Shown here: positions 28,351-39,610 of the stretch, in pieces
Layout: the number at the start of each line of letters is the position of its first letter
Position numbering within the stretch: position 1 is the first letter of the stretch
Source: an uncultured Planctomycetota bacterium
Lineage (GTDB): Bacteria; Planctomycetota; Planctomycetia; Isosphaerales; Isosphaeraceae
DNA: 64,000 nt
Reading direction: 5' to 3'
Assembly (NCBI GenBank): GCA_963737655.1
Contig: CAVTTN010000002.1
Coordinates: forward strand, 4,832,001-4,896,000
The notes under the pieces: generated by a model
The model's input: the letters and a program-made list of their open reading frames with translations, nothing else
Database searches by the model: none
What the model was told of the DNA's origin: nothing
Position numbers and translations under genes: made by a program

Positions 28351-31300
28351 TTCGCGGCCCCCTCGGCGGCCTTCTTCGCCGATTCCCAGGAGGAGGCGTC
28401 GAGGTAGCCGAGACCTCCGCGGTCGTCCAGCTCCAGGCCGGTCCGCGCGCGGACGCGGTCGACGAGGGTCCGGGGCCCTCCCTCGATCGGCCGGGGGATG
28501 GGCGTGATCCGGATCTCGTTGGTTTCGCCGGTCAGGACGGCCCGGCCGTCGGGTTGGAAATCCAGGATCGTCACGGCTTGTGGGGTGCTGATCGGCGGTC
28601 CCAGGGGCGTGCCGGAGAAGAGGTCCCAGAGGGTGGCGTTCCGGTTGCATGCCGAGAGGACCGTCCGCCGATCGGGCCGAGGATCGCTCGGGCCACGGGA
28701 CCGGAGTGGACCAGGGGGACGCCCACCGGGGAGCCGGTGTCCAGGTCCCAGACGCGGGCCGTCCCGTCGTCGCCGGAGGAGACCAGCCATCGGCCGTCGC
28801 GAGAGAAGCTCAGGCCGCGGACCGCGCTCTCGTGACGCCCGAGGGCCGGCCCTTTCGGCTTCGCCTCGGGCACGGACCACCTCGTCAGGGCGCCGTCATT
28901 GGTCCCGATGACCACTTCGGAACCTCCGGGCCGGAACTCATAGGCGGTCACCAGGCGCCGGAGGTCCATGCCCCCCAGGCTCCGGGCGTCCCGGACCTCG
29001 AACAGGCGGCCCTGGGTCTGGTGGATCGCCACGGCGAACCGGCCGTCGTCGGTGAACTTGATCCCGTGGACGGTCAGCTTCGACGCGGTCTTCGGGGCGA
29101 TCCATCGACCCGTCTCGAAGTCGAGGAACTGGAGGTGCTGGCCGTTCCAGGTCGCCCCCCAGCCCCGGGGGCCGAGCGCCGCGTTCTTCTGATACGGGGG
29201 CCCCACCACCGGCCGACCGACCGGCCGTCCCGAGGCGTCTCGCGTTTCCAGGCGCTCGATCGCCCGGCCGTTGCGGGTCTCGCGGACCCTCACCAGCGAG
29301 GTCGTGAGGTCGGGAGAGACGGCGCTCGTGGTCTCCGCCGGGACGGTCCCCGGGGGCGGCCCCTTCGGCGCTCCGGTCGCCGGGTCGAACGCCTGGAGGC
29401 GGTGGCCGATCTTCGAGACGACGAGGACCGACGCCCCGTCGGGAGCGAACCGGGCGTCGTCGGCTCCTCCTTTGAGCGCCTGGAGGACCACCGAGCTCGA
29501 AGCCGGCCCCTGAGCGTCCCAGACCCGGCCGACGTTCTGGCCATCGACGGTCATGAGCGTCCGCCCGTCGTGAGAGAACGCGGCCAGGATGACCACCGCG
29601 CCGTGGGGCAACGGCGAGCCGAGCGGCCTGCCCGTCGTCCCGTCGAAAAGGACCGGGGCCTTCCCCCCTCCGATCAGGATTCGCCGCCCTCCCGGGCCGA
29701 TCGCCCGGATCGTCGCGGCGATCCCTTCGCCCAAAGCGACCTTCCGGCGCGAGGGCCCGAGCCGGAGACGTCCCAGAACCGGACGACGTGATCGGCCCCT
29801 CCGGTCGCCAGCACGCGGCCCTCGGGATCGAACGCGGCGGAGGTGATCTCCGAGGGTTGCTTCAGGCTGTCGCCGATCCGGGAGCCGGTCGCCGGGTCGA
29901 GCACGTCGATGGTCCGGGCCCCGGTGGATTTCTCCCCTCGGAGGAGGGCGACCGCCTTGCCGTCGGGCCTCAGGGCGATCCCGTGGACGTCGTCGGCCCG
30001 CCCGAGTTCCCCTTCGGTCTCGCGACCCTCGACGAGGTCCACCACGGCGATCCGCCCCGACGAGAACGAGGGGGAGAAAATCGCCCGTCGGCCGTCGGGG
30101 ACGAGACGGACCGCCTGCTGAGGATCGACGGTCCTCGCCCCCGCGAGGAGCTTGCCCGTCGCCAGGTCCGCGGCGGCCACGCAGTGCTGGCCCATCGCGT
30201 TGTGCCATTCGAAGCTGGCCGTCTTGCCGTCGGCCGAGACCGACGCCTCTCGGAGGACGATGACCCCTCCGCCCAGGGCCGAGCCCGGCAACGGCCCTCC
30301 GATCGGCCGGCCGGTGGTCGCATCGATCAGTCGGTAGGAGGTATCGACCAGGTTGAGGGACGGGTTCGGCCCGGTCCTGGCCAGTTGCTTCATCGCCTCG
30401 ACGTTGGTCCGGATCTGCTGGACGACCGCGGCCCGGCCGTCGGTCGTGAGGAACTGCGCCGCCTCTCCAGGCGGCATCGGAACCGGCGGCCGGAGCGGAT
30501 CTCCCGAGGCCGTCCAGGAGCGGACTTCCGCCCCGTTGGTCGAGCGGAGCCCCTCGCCTTCCGGGGAGATCCAGAGCGAGTTACCCCCTCGCGAGGCCAG
30601 GGACATGACCCGTTCCAGGGGGACCGTGCGGCCCTCCCACGCCCCCAGGCTCGTCCGGAAGGCCCGGTCCAGGTCCCCCGCGCCGGAGGGCACCTCGCCC
30701 ACGCTCCGGGCCATCCACAACAGCCCGCGATCGACTTCCCCCGCCTCGCAGAGCGCAGGCCGCGGTCGTAGGTCGAGGTGGCCAGGAGCCGCTCGGCCCG
30801 ATGCTTCTCCGCCTCCGCCTGCTTCGTCCGGCCGTCGGCGATCGTCTTCTGCTGCTCGGCGATGCCTTTCTGGGTCCGGGCGTCGTTCAGGGCCTGGCGA
30901 AGCTCCTTCGCACGGTTCGAGAGCATCCGGGCCGAGACCGCCGAGACGATGGCCACCAGGAGCAACGAGGCCGCGATCGCACCGATCGCCGCGGCCAGCC
31001 TCGGGTTCCTCGCGCACCACCGCCACGACCGCTCCGCCCGGCCCACCGGCCGGGCCGCGATCGGCTCGCCCGAGAGGAACCGATGCAGGTCGTCGGCCAT
31101 CGCCCGGGCCGATTCGTACCTCCGCGACGGGTCTTTTTCGAGGCACTTCAGCACGATCGTCTCGAGGTCGCGAGGCAGCTTCGGGACCAGGCGGGAGGGC
31201 GGGACCGGCTCCTCCGTGGCCACGAGCATGACCGTGTCGAGCGGGGTCGCCGCCTTGAACGGCGGGCGGCCGGTCAGGAGGTCGTAAAGGATCGCGCCCA

Positions 31301-32072
31301 GGGCATATGTATCGGCGGCCGGGCCGATCTGCCCGGTCTTGCCGCCGGCCTGCTCGGGGGCCATGAAGGAGGGCGTCCCCATGATCGCGCCGGAGGCCGT
31401 CCGGCCGAGGTCGGCGTCGAGCCTCTTGGCCAGGCCGAAGTCGGTGATCTTCGGCTGGTCGTCTTTGGTCATCAGGACGTTGGCCGGCTTCAGGTCGCGG
31501 TGGACGATCCCCGCCTTGTGGGCCTCGTGGACGGCCCCGGCGATCGTCTCCACCAGGGCCGCCGCCTTGCGAGGGGGCCAGGGCGTGCCGTCCAGGCGGT
31601 CGGCGAGGCTCCCGCCTTCGACGAATTCCAGGGAAAAGAACGGCAATCCGTCCTTCTCGCCGATGTCGTGGACCTGGACGATCCCCGGGTGCTGCAACCG
31701 CGCGATCGCCTCGGCCTCGCCCCGGAAGCGGTCGAGGTCGTCGGCCCCGGCGTGGGCCCCGGAGAGGATCATCTTGAGGGCGACCGTCCGACCCAATCCC
31801 ACCTGCCGGGCCTTGTAGACCACGCCCATCCCGCCCCGGCCGAGCTCGCCGAGGATCTCATACCCGGAGACGACCGCCGACCCGGCACCCCGGGCGCCAT
31901 GAGGCGTCGGCGACGGATCGTCATCCTTCGCCGTATCGTCCACACCGCCCCGAGGCGGGAGGGTCGGCGCGTCCTCCATGTTCGGAGGAGGGATCGTGGC
32001 CGTCTCGTGGGTCGAGCCCGAGGGAGGCAAGGTCGCCGCGTCGAAGACGTCGCCATCGGACGGGCCGTCCAT
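28347..32072 (-). CDS. Ser/Thr kinase with TM and WD40 repeats, broken by about 3 frameshifts (near 30760, 29750, 28660)
   Basis: LGRGGMG, HRDLKPAN, DFG, GTPSFMAPEQ; WD40 units (ATGGADHVVRFWD, SSGDDGTARVWD) continue across successive frames. Confidence 0.85.
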
Positions 32073-32084
32073 CCCGGGGCCTCC

Positions 32085-33101
32085 TCAGCGGGTCCACTGG
32101 AGACGATTCAACAGCCGTTCGTCCCAGGGATGCGATTCTTGGGCGATCGGCGAGGATTCGACCGCAATGGCCGGAATCGCCGGGTTCCGCCGCGACCGTC
32201 GCCGATGATCGTGCCTCGGCCGATCGTCGGCGGGCTGGTCCAAGGCGCGCACTTCGAGGTGATGCCCCTCCTGAGGCGCGCCGAAATCGGCCTCTCGACC
32301 GCTCAATTTGACCCGATACTTGCAGAGGTCGCAATTCATGAACGGCAGGCCATGAAACGCCTCGTGGGCACGGTCTTCCAGGGCCTGGACCAGCAAATCA
32401 TGGACGCCGAGATGGGCCGTCGCGAGGATTTCGCGGGACGTATCGGCGGCCGAATGCCTCTCGGCCGCCTCCACGACCCGCTTCCTCAACACCCCGTCGA
32501 ACAGGAGATACGGCTGGACCACGATCCGGGCGAAGCCCATCCGGCGGAGCCATTCCAGGGCCTGATCCACCGTCGGGCTGGTCAGGCCCGAGAACGCCAC
32601 GGTCGCGAACGCCACCCCGGAGGCCTCCCACAAGAACCGGGAAAGCCGCGAGATCGTGGCGTTGGCGTCCGGGTCGGACGTCCCCCGGCCCACCACGAGC
32701 AGCGCCGTCGAATCCATCGGGATCTCGGGTTTCCCGGCGATCGCCTCGCGAAATCGGACGGCGCAAAGCTCCAGCAACCCCGGATGGACCTCCAGGGCCC
32801 GCGCCATCTGAAAGACCACGCCGGGATGCCGCCGCCGGGCGTCGGCCACCTCGCTCGGGACATCATTCTTCACGTGACCGGCCGCCGCCAGCATCGCCGG
32901 GACCACCGCCACCCGCGCCGCCCCTCGACCCACCACCGAATCGATCGCCCGGCCGATCGTCGGGCGGTTGAACTCCAGGAACCCCGCCTCCTGGACCCGA
33001 TCGGGCCGAAGCCGCTTCCACAGCCTCACCAGCTCCACGAACTCCGCAGATCCCGCCTCATCGCGGGTCCCATGAGCGGCAATCACCAGGGCGTCGGACA
33101 T
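32085..33101 (-). CDS. cbiX: Sirohydrochlorin cobaltochelatase CbiX (long form)
   Basis: AHGTRD, FLEF..P, AAGHVKND, GRGTSDPDAN, MNCDLCKYR motif, His-rich tail. Confidence 0.9.
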   Translation of the reverse strand: MSDALVIAAHGTRDEAGSAEFVELVRLWKRLRPDRVQEAGFLEFNRPTIGRAIDSVVGRGAARVAVVPAMLAAAGHVKNDVPSEVADARRRHPGVVFQMARALEVHPGLLELCAVRFREAIAGKPEIPMDSTALLVVGRGTSDPDANATISRLSRFLWEASGVAFATVAFSGLTSPTVDQALEWLRRMGFARIVVQPYLLFDGVLRKRVVEAAERHSAADTSREILATAHLGVHDLLVQALEDRAHEAFHGLPFMNCDLCKYRVKLSGREADFGAPQEGHHLEVRALDQPADDRPRHDHRRRSRRNPAIPAIAVESSPIAQESHPWDERLLNRLQWTR

Positions 33102-33231
33102 CGCGGCCTCATGCGCTCTCGGAAAGGGGACCGAATTCGGGCGGGGTCACGAACCTCATTTCGCGTTGACTCTACCCCGTCGCGGTCCCGATGATAAGGG
33201 GAGCGCCACCGTCGCCGACGAGGCCGCGAGC

Positions 33232-33459
33232 ATGGCCGACCTGCGAACCATCGAGCAAATCACGACCGAGTTCCCCTCGGAATGGGTCCTGATCGGCGAC
33301 CCGCAGGCCGACGAGGACGCCCGTCTCCACGGCGGCCGAGTCCTTTTCCACAGCACCAACCGCGCCGAAGTGGACAACAAGGCCGCCGAGTTGCGGTTGC
33401 CCTATTTCGCCGTCCGTTATCTCGGCTCGATGCCGGAGAATACGGCCCTGGTCCGATGA
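33232..33459 (+). CDS. Small protein, DUF5678-like
   Basis: FPSEWVLI...GRVLFHS.NR pattern; ATGA overlap with a truncated downstream ORF (MSVAFD). Confidence 0.65.
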   Translation: MADLRTIEQITTEFPSEWVLIGDPQADEDARLHGGRVLFHSTNRAEVDNKAAELRLPYFAVRYLGSMPENTALVR

Positions 33460-33520
33460 GCGTCGCGTTCGATGGCATTCGAGGGCCGGTCCAGACCGGT
33501 TCACGGTCCGATTGCGCCCC

Positions 33521-33581
33521 CGTAGGGCAGGCCTTGGCCTGCCGAGACCCGCGCAGACGGCAGGCCAAGGCCTGCCCTACG
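33521..33581. repeat. GTAG-type REP doublet
   Basis: CGTAGGGCAGGCCTTGGCCTGCCG...CGGCAGGCCAAGGCCTGCCCTACG, perfect inverted pair. Confidence 0.85.
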
Positions 33582-33673
33582 CGACCCATCGTGCGCAATC
33601 CGGCCGTGTACCGCGTTAGGTCGAGGCCGAGACTTCCGGTCCCTCGGGTCGGTCCAACCTCCTTTTTTTCCGG

Positions 33674-34635
33674 TCAAGCACCCTTCAGAATTGCCGCCCG
33701 GACCGCCCAGGCCAGGCCCACCGCCAACCCCGCCGCCACGATCATCACGCGAAGGGACCGCTTCACCGTTCTTGCATCAATGGTCGCGCCCGGGTCGCCC
33801 AGGAACGGCTTTCGACTCGGGACACCTCGATACGTGGCCTCGCCTCCGAGGCGAACGCCCAGGGCGCCGGCCATCGCGGCTTCTCCCCATCCGCTGTTGG
33901 GGCTGGGGTGGTTCCGGCCGTCCCTCCAGCCGATCCTCAGGGCCGATCGGCCGCGCTCGCCGCAAAGGGTCGCCGAGACGGCGATCAGGAGCCACGACGA
34001 CCGCGCGGGAATCAGCCCCGCGAGGTCGTCGATCCTCGCCGACGCCCAGCCGAAATCGCGATATTTGGTGCTTCGGTAGCCGATCATGCTATCGAGGGTG
34101 TTGATCGCCTTGAACGCGGCCATCCCGAACGGGCCGCCCACGGCGAACCAGAAAATCGGGGCGATCACGCCGTCGCCGAGGTTCTCGGCCACGGTCTCCA
34201 CGCTCGCCCGATGGATCTCGGGCCAATCGAGCGCCTCGGTGTCCCGGCCGACGATCATGGCGAGCTCGCGGCGGGCCGTCGCCAGGTCGGGCACTCGGAG
34301 GCGAGCCGCACCTCGTCGCGGAGGCTCCTCGTCGCCAGCCCAAAATGGACGATCAGGGCCCGACCCACCAGCGACGGGATCGGCCCGAACCGATCGCAAA
34401 TCGTGGCGAAACCCCAGGCCAGACCACCGGTTGCGACGATCACGCACACGGCCAAGATCGCTCCGGTGCAGCGTAGGCCGATCGGCCCCAGCCCCGGCCG
34501 TCTCAACCAGCGGTCGCCCGTCGAGACCATCCAGCCGATCCCCCGGACCGGATGGGGCCAGCCCCGGGGGTCGCCGATCAGGGCATCCAGCGCCGCCCCC
34601 AGGGGCAAGGCCCAGGCCGAGAGCGGCAGGGTCAC
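33674..34635 (-). CDS. cbiB: Adenosylcobinamide-phosphate synthase CbiB (CobD); frameshift near 34290
   Basis: GDPRGWPHPV, IVGRDT, ETVAENLGDG, NTLDSMIGY, HPSPNSGWGEAAMAGAL. Confidence 0.9.
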
Positions 34636-36152
34636 CGGGAGATTCCCAGGGCCGCCCGGATCGGGCCGAGGTCCAGGTTTTCCCTTAATAAAGCGCTGAG
34701 CCCGGCGTAGCGTTTCGACATGGCCTCGCGATGGGCCTCTCGGCGGTTCGGCTCGAGCGGACCAAGCCCTTTTCGCCGCCGCAAATGGTCGATCAGGGCC
34801 GAGGCGAACGGCTCGCCGTCGAAGAGGCCGTGGACGTAAGTGCCGATCACCCGGCCGGACGCGTCGATCGCCCCATCCTCGACCCGCGTCCCCTCGCGAT
34901 GCCGGACCAGGTCGGCGAACGGCCGGGCCCCGGGGCCCAGACGGGTCCGTCCCATGTGGATCTCGTAGCCGACGATCGGATGGCGGCCGTCTCGGACGCG
35001 GCCCGAGACCTGATATTTCGCCTTTTCGGGCGCGAATCGGGTCGTCACGTCGAGGAGGCCGAGCCCGGCCACGCTCGGATCGATCGACTCGACCTGCAAG
35101 GGGTCGTCGATGGTCGCGCCAAGCATCTGAAATCCGCCGCAGATCCCCAGGATCACCGGGCCTTCCGGGTCTTCGCGAAGTTCGCCGATCGCCGAGGCGA
35201 TCCCCAGGTGGCGAAGCCAGCGGAGGTCGCGGACGGTCGTCTTCGTCCCGGGCAGGATCACCAGGTCGGGCCTCCCGAGGTCGCGGGCCCGCTCCACATA
35301 CCGCACCCGGACGTCGGGCATCCGGGCGAGAGGGGCAAAATCGGTGAAATTGCTGATCCCGGGAAGCTGGGCCACCACAATCTCGACGTCCGCCGGCCCG
35401 GAAGCGTCGCTGGCCGTCTCCTCGATCCCGAGCGAATCCTCTTGATCCAGTTGGAGTTCCGGCCGATACGGCAAGACGCCGAGGACCGGCCGTCCGGTCC
35501 GCTCTCGGAGGAATTCCAGGCCCGAGTCGAGCAACGAAACATCCCCGCGGAACTTGTTGATGACGAACCCGACCATCCGGCGGCGGTCGGCCTCGGGCAG
35601 GAGTTCCCACGTCCCCACGATTTGCGCGAAGACCCCGCCACGCTCGATGTCGGCGACGAGCACCGTGGCGGCCTCGGCGTGCCTCGCCATCTTCAAATTG
35701 GTCAAATCCTGGTCCATCAGGTTGATCTCGACGGGGCTGCCGGCCCCTTCGAGGACGATCACGTCAAATTTCGCCGCCAGAGCGTCATAACAAGCCGTGA
35801 CTCGCGGCCACAACCGCTCTTTTTCGCCATAATATTCGCGAGCCGTCATCACGCCGATCGGGCTGCCCTCGACGACGACCTGAGAGGCCCCTCCGCAGGG
35901 CTTGAGGAGGATCGGGTTCATGAGGGTCAGCGGCTCGACCCCGGCGGCCTCGGCCTGGGCGACCTGGGCGCGGCCGATCTCGCCGCCGGTTCGCGTCACA
36001 AAGCTATTCAAGGCCATGTTTTGCGCCTTGAACGGCGCGACGCGCCAGCCATCTTCCGCCAGCAATCGACAGAACGCCGCGGCCACCGTGGACTTGCCCG
36101 CGTGGCTGGACGTCCCCAGGACCATCAAGGCCGGCGTCCGACGTTCCGTCAT
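34632..36152 (-). CDS. cobQ: Cobyric acid synthase CobQ/CbiP
   Basis: GTSSHAGKS, PFKAQNM, EGAGSPVEINL, ISNFTDF, GICGGFQMLG, GYEIHMG, GTYVHG. Confidence 0.96.
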   Translation of the reverse strand: MTERRTPALMVLGTSSHAGKSTVAAAFCRLLAEDGWRVAPFKAQNMALNSFVTRTGGEIGRAQVAQAEAAGVEPLTLMNPILLKPCGGASQVVVEGSPIGVMTAREYYGEKERLWPRVTACYDALAAKFDVIVLEGAGSPVEINLMDQDLTNLKMARHAEAATVLVADIERGGVFAQIVGTWELLPEADRRRMVGFVINKFRGDVSLLDSGLEFLRERTGRPVLGVLPYRPELQLDQEDSLGIEETASDASGPADVEIVVAQLPGISNFTDFAPLARMPDVRVRYVERARDLGRPDLVILPGTKTTVRDLRWLRHLGIASAIGELREDPEGPVILGICGGFQMLGATIDDPLQVESIDPSVAGLGLLDVTTRFAPEKAKYQVSGRVRDGRHPIVGYEIHMGRTRLGPGARPFADLVRHREGTRVEDGAIDASGRVIGTYVHGLFDGEPFASALIDHLRRRKGLGPLEPNRREAHREAMSKRYAGLSALLRENLDLGPIRAALGISR

Positions 36153-36271
36153 GGAATCAACGTCCGCCGGAGAGGAACGGAACACGCGAGGAGAGGATCG
36201 GTCCGCCGGGGACGCCGAGCTCGGCGTCCCCGGCGGACCGATTTTATTCTCCGTCGACTCGGCGGATCAGT

Positions 36272-37582
36272 TTACTTCCGGCCGTTGGCGATCGCCAGTC
36301 CGTTGCCGTTGGCGTGGGCGTGACCGTTGCCGTTGCCGTTGCCGTTGCCGTTGGCGTGGGGGGCGGAGACGGCTCGGGGTTCGGTCTTGGGCGGGGTGCC
36401 GGCGAGGATGTCGGCGAGGATGGTCAGGAGCTTGTCGTTCTCGGCCTTGGTGCGGACGGCGGCCCGGAGGTGGCCCTGGGTCACGATCCGGGTGCCGTCG
36501 GCCCCGGTGAGGACCCCGCCCGGCTCCAGTCCGCTGAAGTTGGAGCATTCGCGGACGAGGATGCCCCGGCGGGCGAGCTCCTCGTGGACCTGGACCGAGG
36601 TCCAGGGCGTGTCCACCAGGCTGAACAGGACCCAGTTGGGCCGGGGCGGGGCGCTCTCGGGCCTCTGGGCCGACGGCCAGACCGGGCGGACGCCGTCGAG
36701 GTCGAACAGGCGGTCGGTCAGCCAGGCGCTTTCGGCGGCGATCAGCTCGATCGTCCGTTCGAGGTAGTCCTCCTCGTCCAGGCAGGCGAGCAAGGCGGCC
36801 TCGGACGGGGAATCGACGCTCCAGGGGTTCTGGTACTGCTTCAACCGGGTCACGAGATCGGCGGAGGTCACGGCGTAACCCACGCGGATGCCGGGGATGG
36901 CAAAAATCTTCGTGACCGAGCGGAGCGCGAGCAGGTTGGTCCGGGAGGCGGCGGCGGTGGTGACGGTGCGGTCGGCCTCGTCGGGGAAGAACGGCAGGTA
37001 CGCCTCGTCCACGACGGTGAGCAGGCCCTGGGAGTCGTCGACGGCCTTCAAGAGGGCCTCGCGGGCCCAGGCCAGGCCGATCGGGCTGATCGGGTTGCCC
37101 GTCCAGTAGATGCCGTTGGCCGATCGGGGGAGGAAGTCGAGGTGCCAGCCCAGGGTCGGGCGCTTCCAGATCTGGGTCCGGTGCTCGTTGAGGACCGAGG
37201 CCCGGCGGTATTCGCCGTAGGTGGGCTCGACGAGGTGGGCCGTCGGCATCGTCGAGTCGCCGGCCTCCAGGGCGTGGAGCTTCAGGACCTCTCGGAGGGC
37301 CTGGGCGATCAGGGCGATGATCTCGCTGGTGCCGGCGCCGACGATCACGCGGTCCTCGGGGACGTTGTGACGGGCCGCGAGCTTCGCGGTCAGGCGAGGG
37401 CAGCCGGGTTCGGGATATTCGCCCGATCGGTCGATCGCCTTCCTCGCGGCGGCCAGGGCCGAGGGGGGCGGCCCCAGGGGGTTCAGGCTCACGGAGAAGT
37501 CCAGGAGGGGCCGGTCGCCCAGTCCCAGCCGCTTCCTGATCCCGTATTGGTTTCCTCCGTGCTGAATCGGACTGCTGGTCAC
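36272..37582 (-). CDS. PLP-dependent aminotransferase class I/II, threonine-phosphate decarboxylase-like
   Basis: HGGN, DFSVSLNPLG, VDEAY, RSVTKIFAIPGIRVGY, ILVREC; cobalamin gene context. Confidence 0.85.
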   Translation of the reverse strand: MTSSPIQHGGNQYGIRKRLGLGDRPLLDFSVSLNPLGPPPSALAAARKAIDRSGEYPEPGCPRLTAKLAARHNVPEDRVIVGAGTSEIIALIAQALREVLKLHALEAGDSTMPTAHLVEPTYGEYRRASVLNEHRTQIWKRPTLGWHLDFLPRSANGIYWTGNPISPIGLAWAREALLKAVDDSQGLLTVVDEAYLPFFPDEADRTVTTAAASRTNLLALRSVTKIFAIPGIRVGYAVTSADLVTRLKQYQNPWSVDSPSEAALLACLDEEDYLERTIELIAAESAWLTDRLFDLDGVRPVWPSAQRPESAPPRPNWVLFSLVDTPWTSVQVHEELARRGILVRECSNFSGLEPGGVLTGADGTRIVTQGHLRAAVRTKAENDKLLTILADILAGTPPKTEPRAVSAPHANGNGNGNGNGHAHANGNGLAIANGRK

Positions 37583-37943
37583 GTGCCGTCGCCCCCTCTC
37601 GGACGCTCCGTTCCGCTCCGCTCGGGTCGGATCGTGTGCGATTGATGATGGTCCGTGAAAACCCGAAGTGGAGAGTATGGAGATCGTGCGAGGGGTCTGT
37701 CAATCCTCCTGCGAGCCTGCATGGAATTATGAAGATGCGAGGCCCGGGATGCCCCGGCCATCTCCGATCCGTGACCCCGCCGTCCGAGCCGTCCGGGTCT
37801 CGCCAGCTTGCGCCCTCGGAGGGGCCGGGCGGCCCGAATCCGGGACCCGGGCCGGCGAGGCCACGGGTTCGGCTGGTCTCCGAGGGCCGATCCGCGTAAG
37901 CTCCCGGCTCGGCATGTCCGTAGAGGCAAGGAGGCCCTCGGCG

Positions 37944-38609
37944 ATGAAGATCCGTCATCCGGCGCTGATCCGGGGCGTGGGGGCCTCGGGGGCGTGGCTG
38001 GTCCGTCGGCTGGTCGGTTCCTGCCGCTTCCATTTCCGCTACGCCGACCCGACGGTCAACCCCGAAGTCGCCCGACGGACCGGGGTTCGCTACCTTTACG
38101 CGTTCTATCACGAGGTCATGCTCTTCCCGGCCTATTTCTGGGCCTGGCCGGAGATGCAGATCCTGATCAGCGACCATCGAGACGGCGAGCTCATCACGCA
38201 AGTGGTGCAAAGGCTTGGGTTTGGAGTGGTCCGAGGCTCGACGACGCGAGGCGGGGCGCGGGCCCTCCGCGAGATGACGAACCGGGTCGATCGCGGCCAC
38301 CTCTGCGTCACGCCCGATGGCCCGAGGGGGCCGAGGCGGCACGTTCATCAGGGCCTCGCCTACCTTTCCAGCCGGACCGGGCTGCCGATCGTGGGGGCGG
38401 GCATGGCGTTCCAGGATCCGTGGCGGGCCCGAAGCTGGGACCGCTTCGCCGTCCCCCGGCCGTTCTCGGCGGCGGCGTGTGTCGTCCCCGAGCCGGTGGT
38501 CGTCCCGCCCGACGCCGGCCGCGAGGAGATTGAGGCGGCCCGCGAGGAGGTCGAACGGAGGATGCAGAGGGCCACCGAGGAGGCCGAGGCCTGGGTCCGC
38601 GAGCTTTGA
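37944..38609 (+). CDS. DUF374 lysophospholipid acyltransferase family protein
   Basis: ISDHRDGELI, VRGSTTRGG, TPDGPRGP, SWDRFAVPRPFS; AGGAGG RBS. Confidence 0.88.
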   Translation: MKIRHPALIRGVGASGAWLVRRLVGSCRFHFRYADPTVNPEVARRTGVRYLYAFYHEVMLFPAYFWAWPEMQILISDHRDGELITQVVQRLGFGVVRGSTTRGGARALREMTNRVDRGHLCVTPDGPRGPRRHVHQGLAYLSSRTGLPIVGAGMAFQDPWRARSWDRFAVPRPFSAAACVVPEPVVVPPDAGREEIEAAREEVERRMQRATEEAEAWVREL

Positions 38610-39281
38610 TCACGAATACGGCAAATTGTGAACCAGGCTCTCCATCCGGGCCGAGAGCATCCGGCGGGGCTGGCCGGAGAGGGCCGCGAACATGTAGGGC
38701 GGCCAGAGGAAATGGACCGCCTGGACCATCTGGATCGCCTGCCCCCGAACGTTGGGATTCGGGTTCGGGATCACGTAAGTGAAGACCACAAAAGCCCCTC
38801 CGACCAGGGCGACCAGCCCCACGGCCAGGAAGGCCCAGCCGATCGCCAGCAGGAGCTTGCCGGTGGAGGCTTCGAGCGCATAGTCGATCCTCGTGCCGGC
38901 ACCCGACGGCGAGAACCGGACCCGGCCGCGGCGGAAGCCCACGCCGGGCGTCGGCCGATCGCCGGCGGCCTCGAAGACGACCTCGCGAGCGTCGGCCGAG
39001 ACGATCCGGACCGGCCAGGCCACGCCGAGCCCTTCGCGGGCGAGCTGGGCGGTGAGCTTCTCGGCGAGGTCGTCGGATCGACCGGCCACCTCGGCCCCCC
39101 CGACGATCGCGCCCTCGGCGGCCGGGGTCTCGATGTCGAACCGCTCGGCGGCCTCCTCGGCGCGGGCCCGGCGGGCCCGGGCGGTCCTCAGGAGCACGAC
39201 GAGCCCCCCGAACCAGGCGGCGGCCCCGACGGCGACGATCGCGGCGACGAGGATTTGGAGTGTCTCGGGCTCGAAGTTCAT
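38610..39281 (-). CDS. Hypothetical membrane protein
   Basis: Three hydrophobic segments; start MNFEPETL. Confidence 0.7.
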   Translation of the reverse strand: MNFEPETLQILVAAIVAVGAAAWFGGLVVLLRTARARRARAEEAAERFDIETPAAEGAIVGGAEVAGRSDDLAEKLTAQLAREGLGVAWPVRIVSADAREVVFEAAGDRPTPGVGFRRGRVRFSPSGAGTRIDYALEASTGKLLLAIGWAFLAVGLVALVGGAFVVFTYVIPNPNPNVRGQAIQMVQAVHFLWPPYMFAALSGQPRRMLSARMESLVHNLPYS

Positions 39282-39610
39282 CCGTACAAATCCTCGACCC
39301 TGCCGATCGCACGAGGTCGGCATTCGACACGAGACGGCGAGGGTGGTCAAGGGCCTCGGGTTTCCTTCCCTCGGCGGGATCGGGCCGTATAATAGAGAAG
39401 CAGGGTCTTCGCGGATGCCGTCTTCCGCCGGGGGCACCCCCCGCGTCCGCGATCGACGGGTTGAGGGCCATCCATCTCGGGTGGCCCATCCACAGGACGG
39501 TCCCGCCCCGCCGCCAGAACGCGGGGCCCGATCGCCCTCGGGCCGGTGGGTCCGCGGAGAGGCTCGGGGTGCGTCCCCATCGGCCGCCGCGACCCGGGAG
39601 GGCACCGATC

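Noticed and set aside
37583..37943. Cobalamin riboswitch upstream of the cob cluster
   Set aside because: I could not find the B12-box or conserved core by eye; an Rfam/Infernal scan would be decisive.
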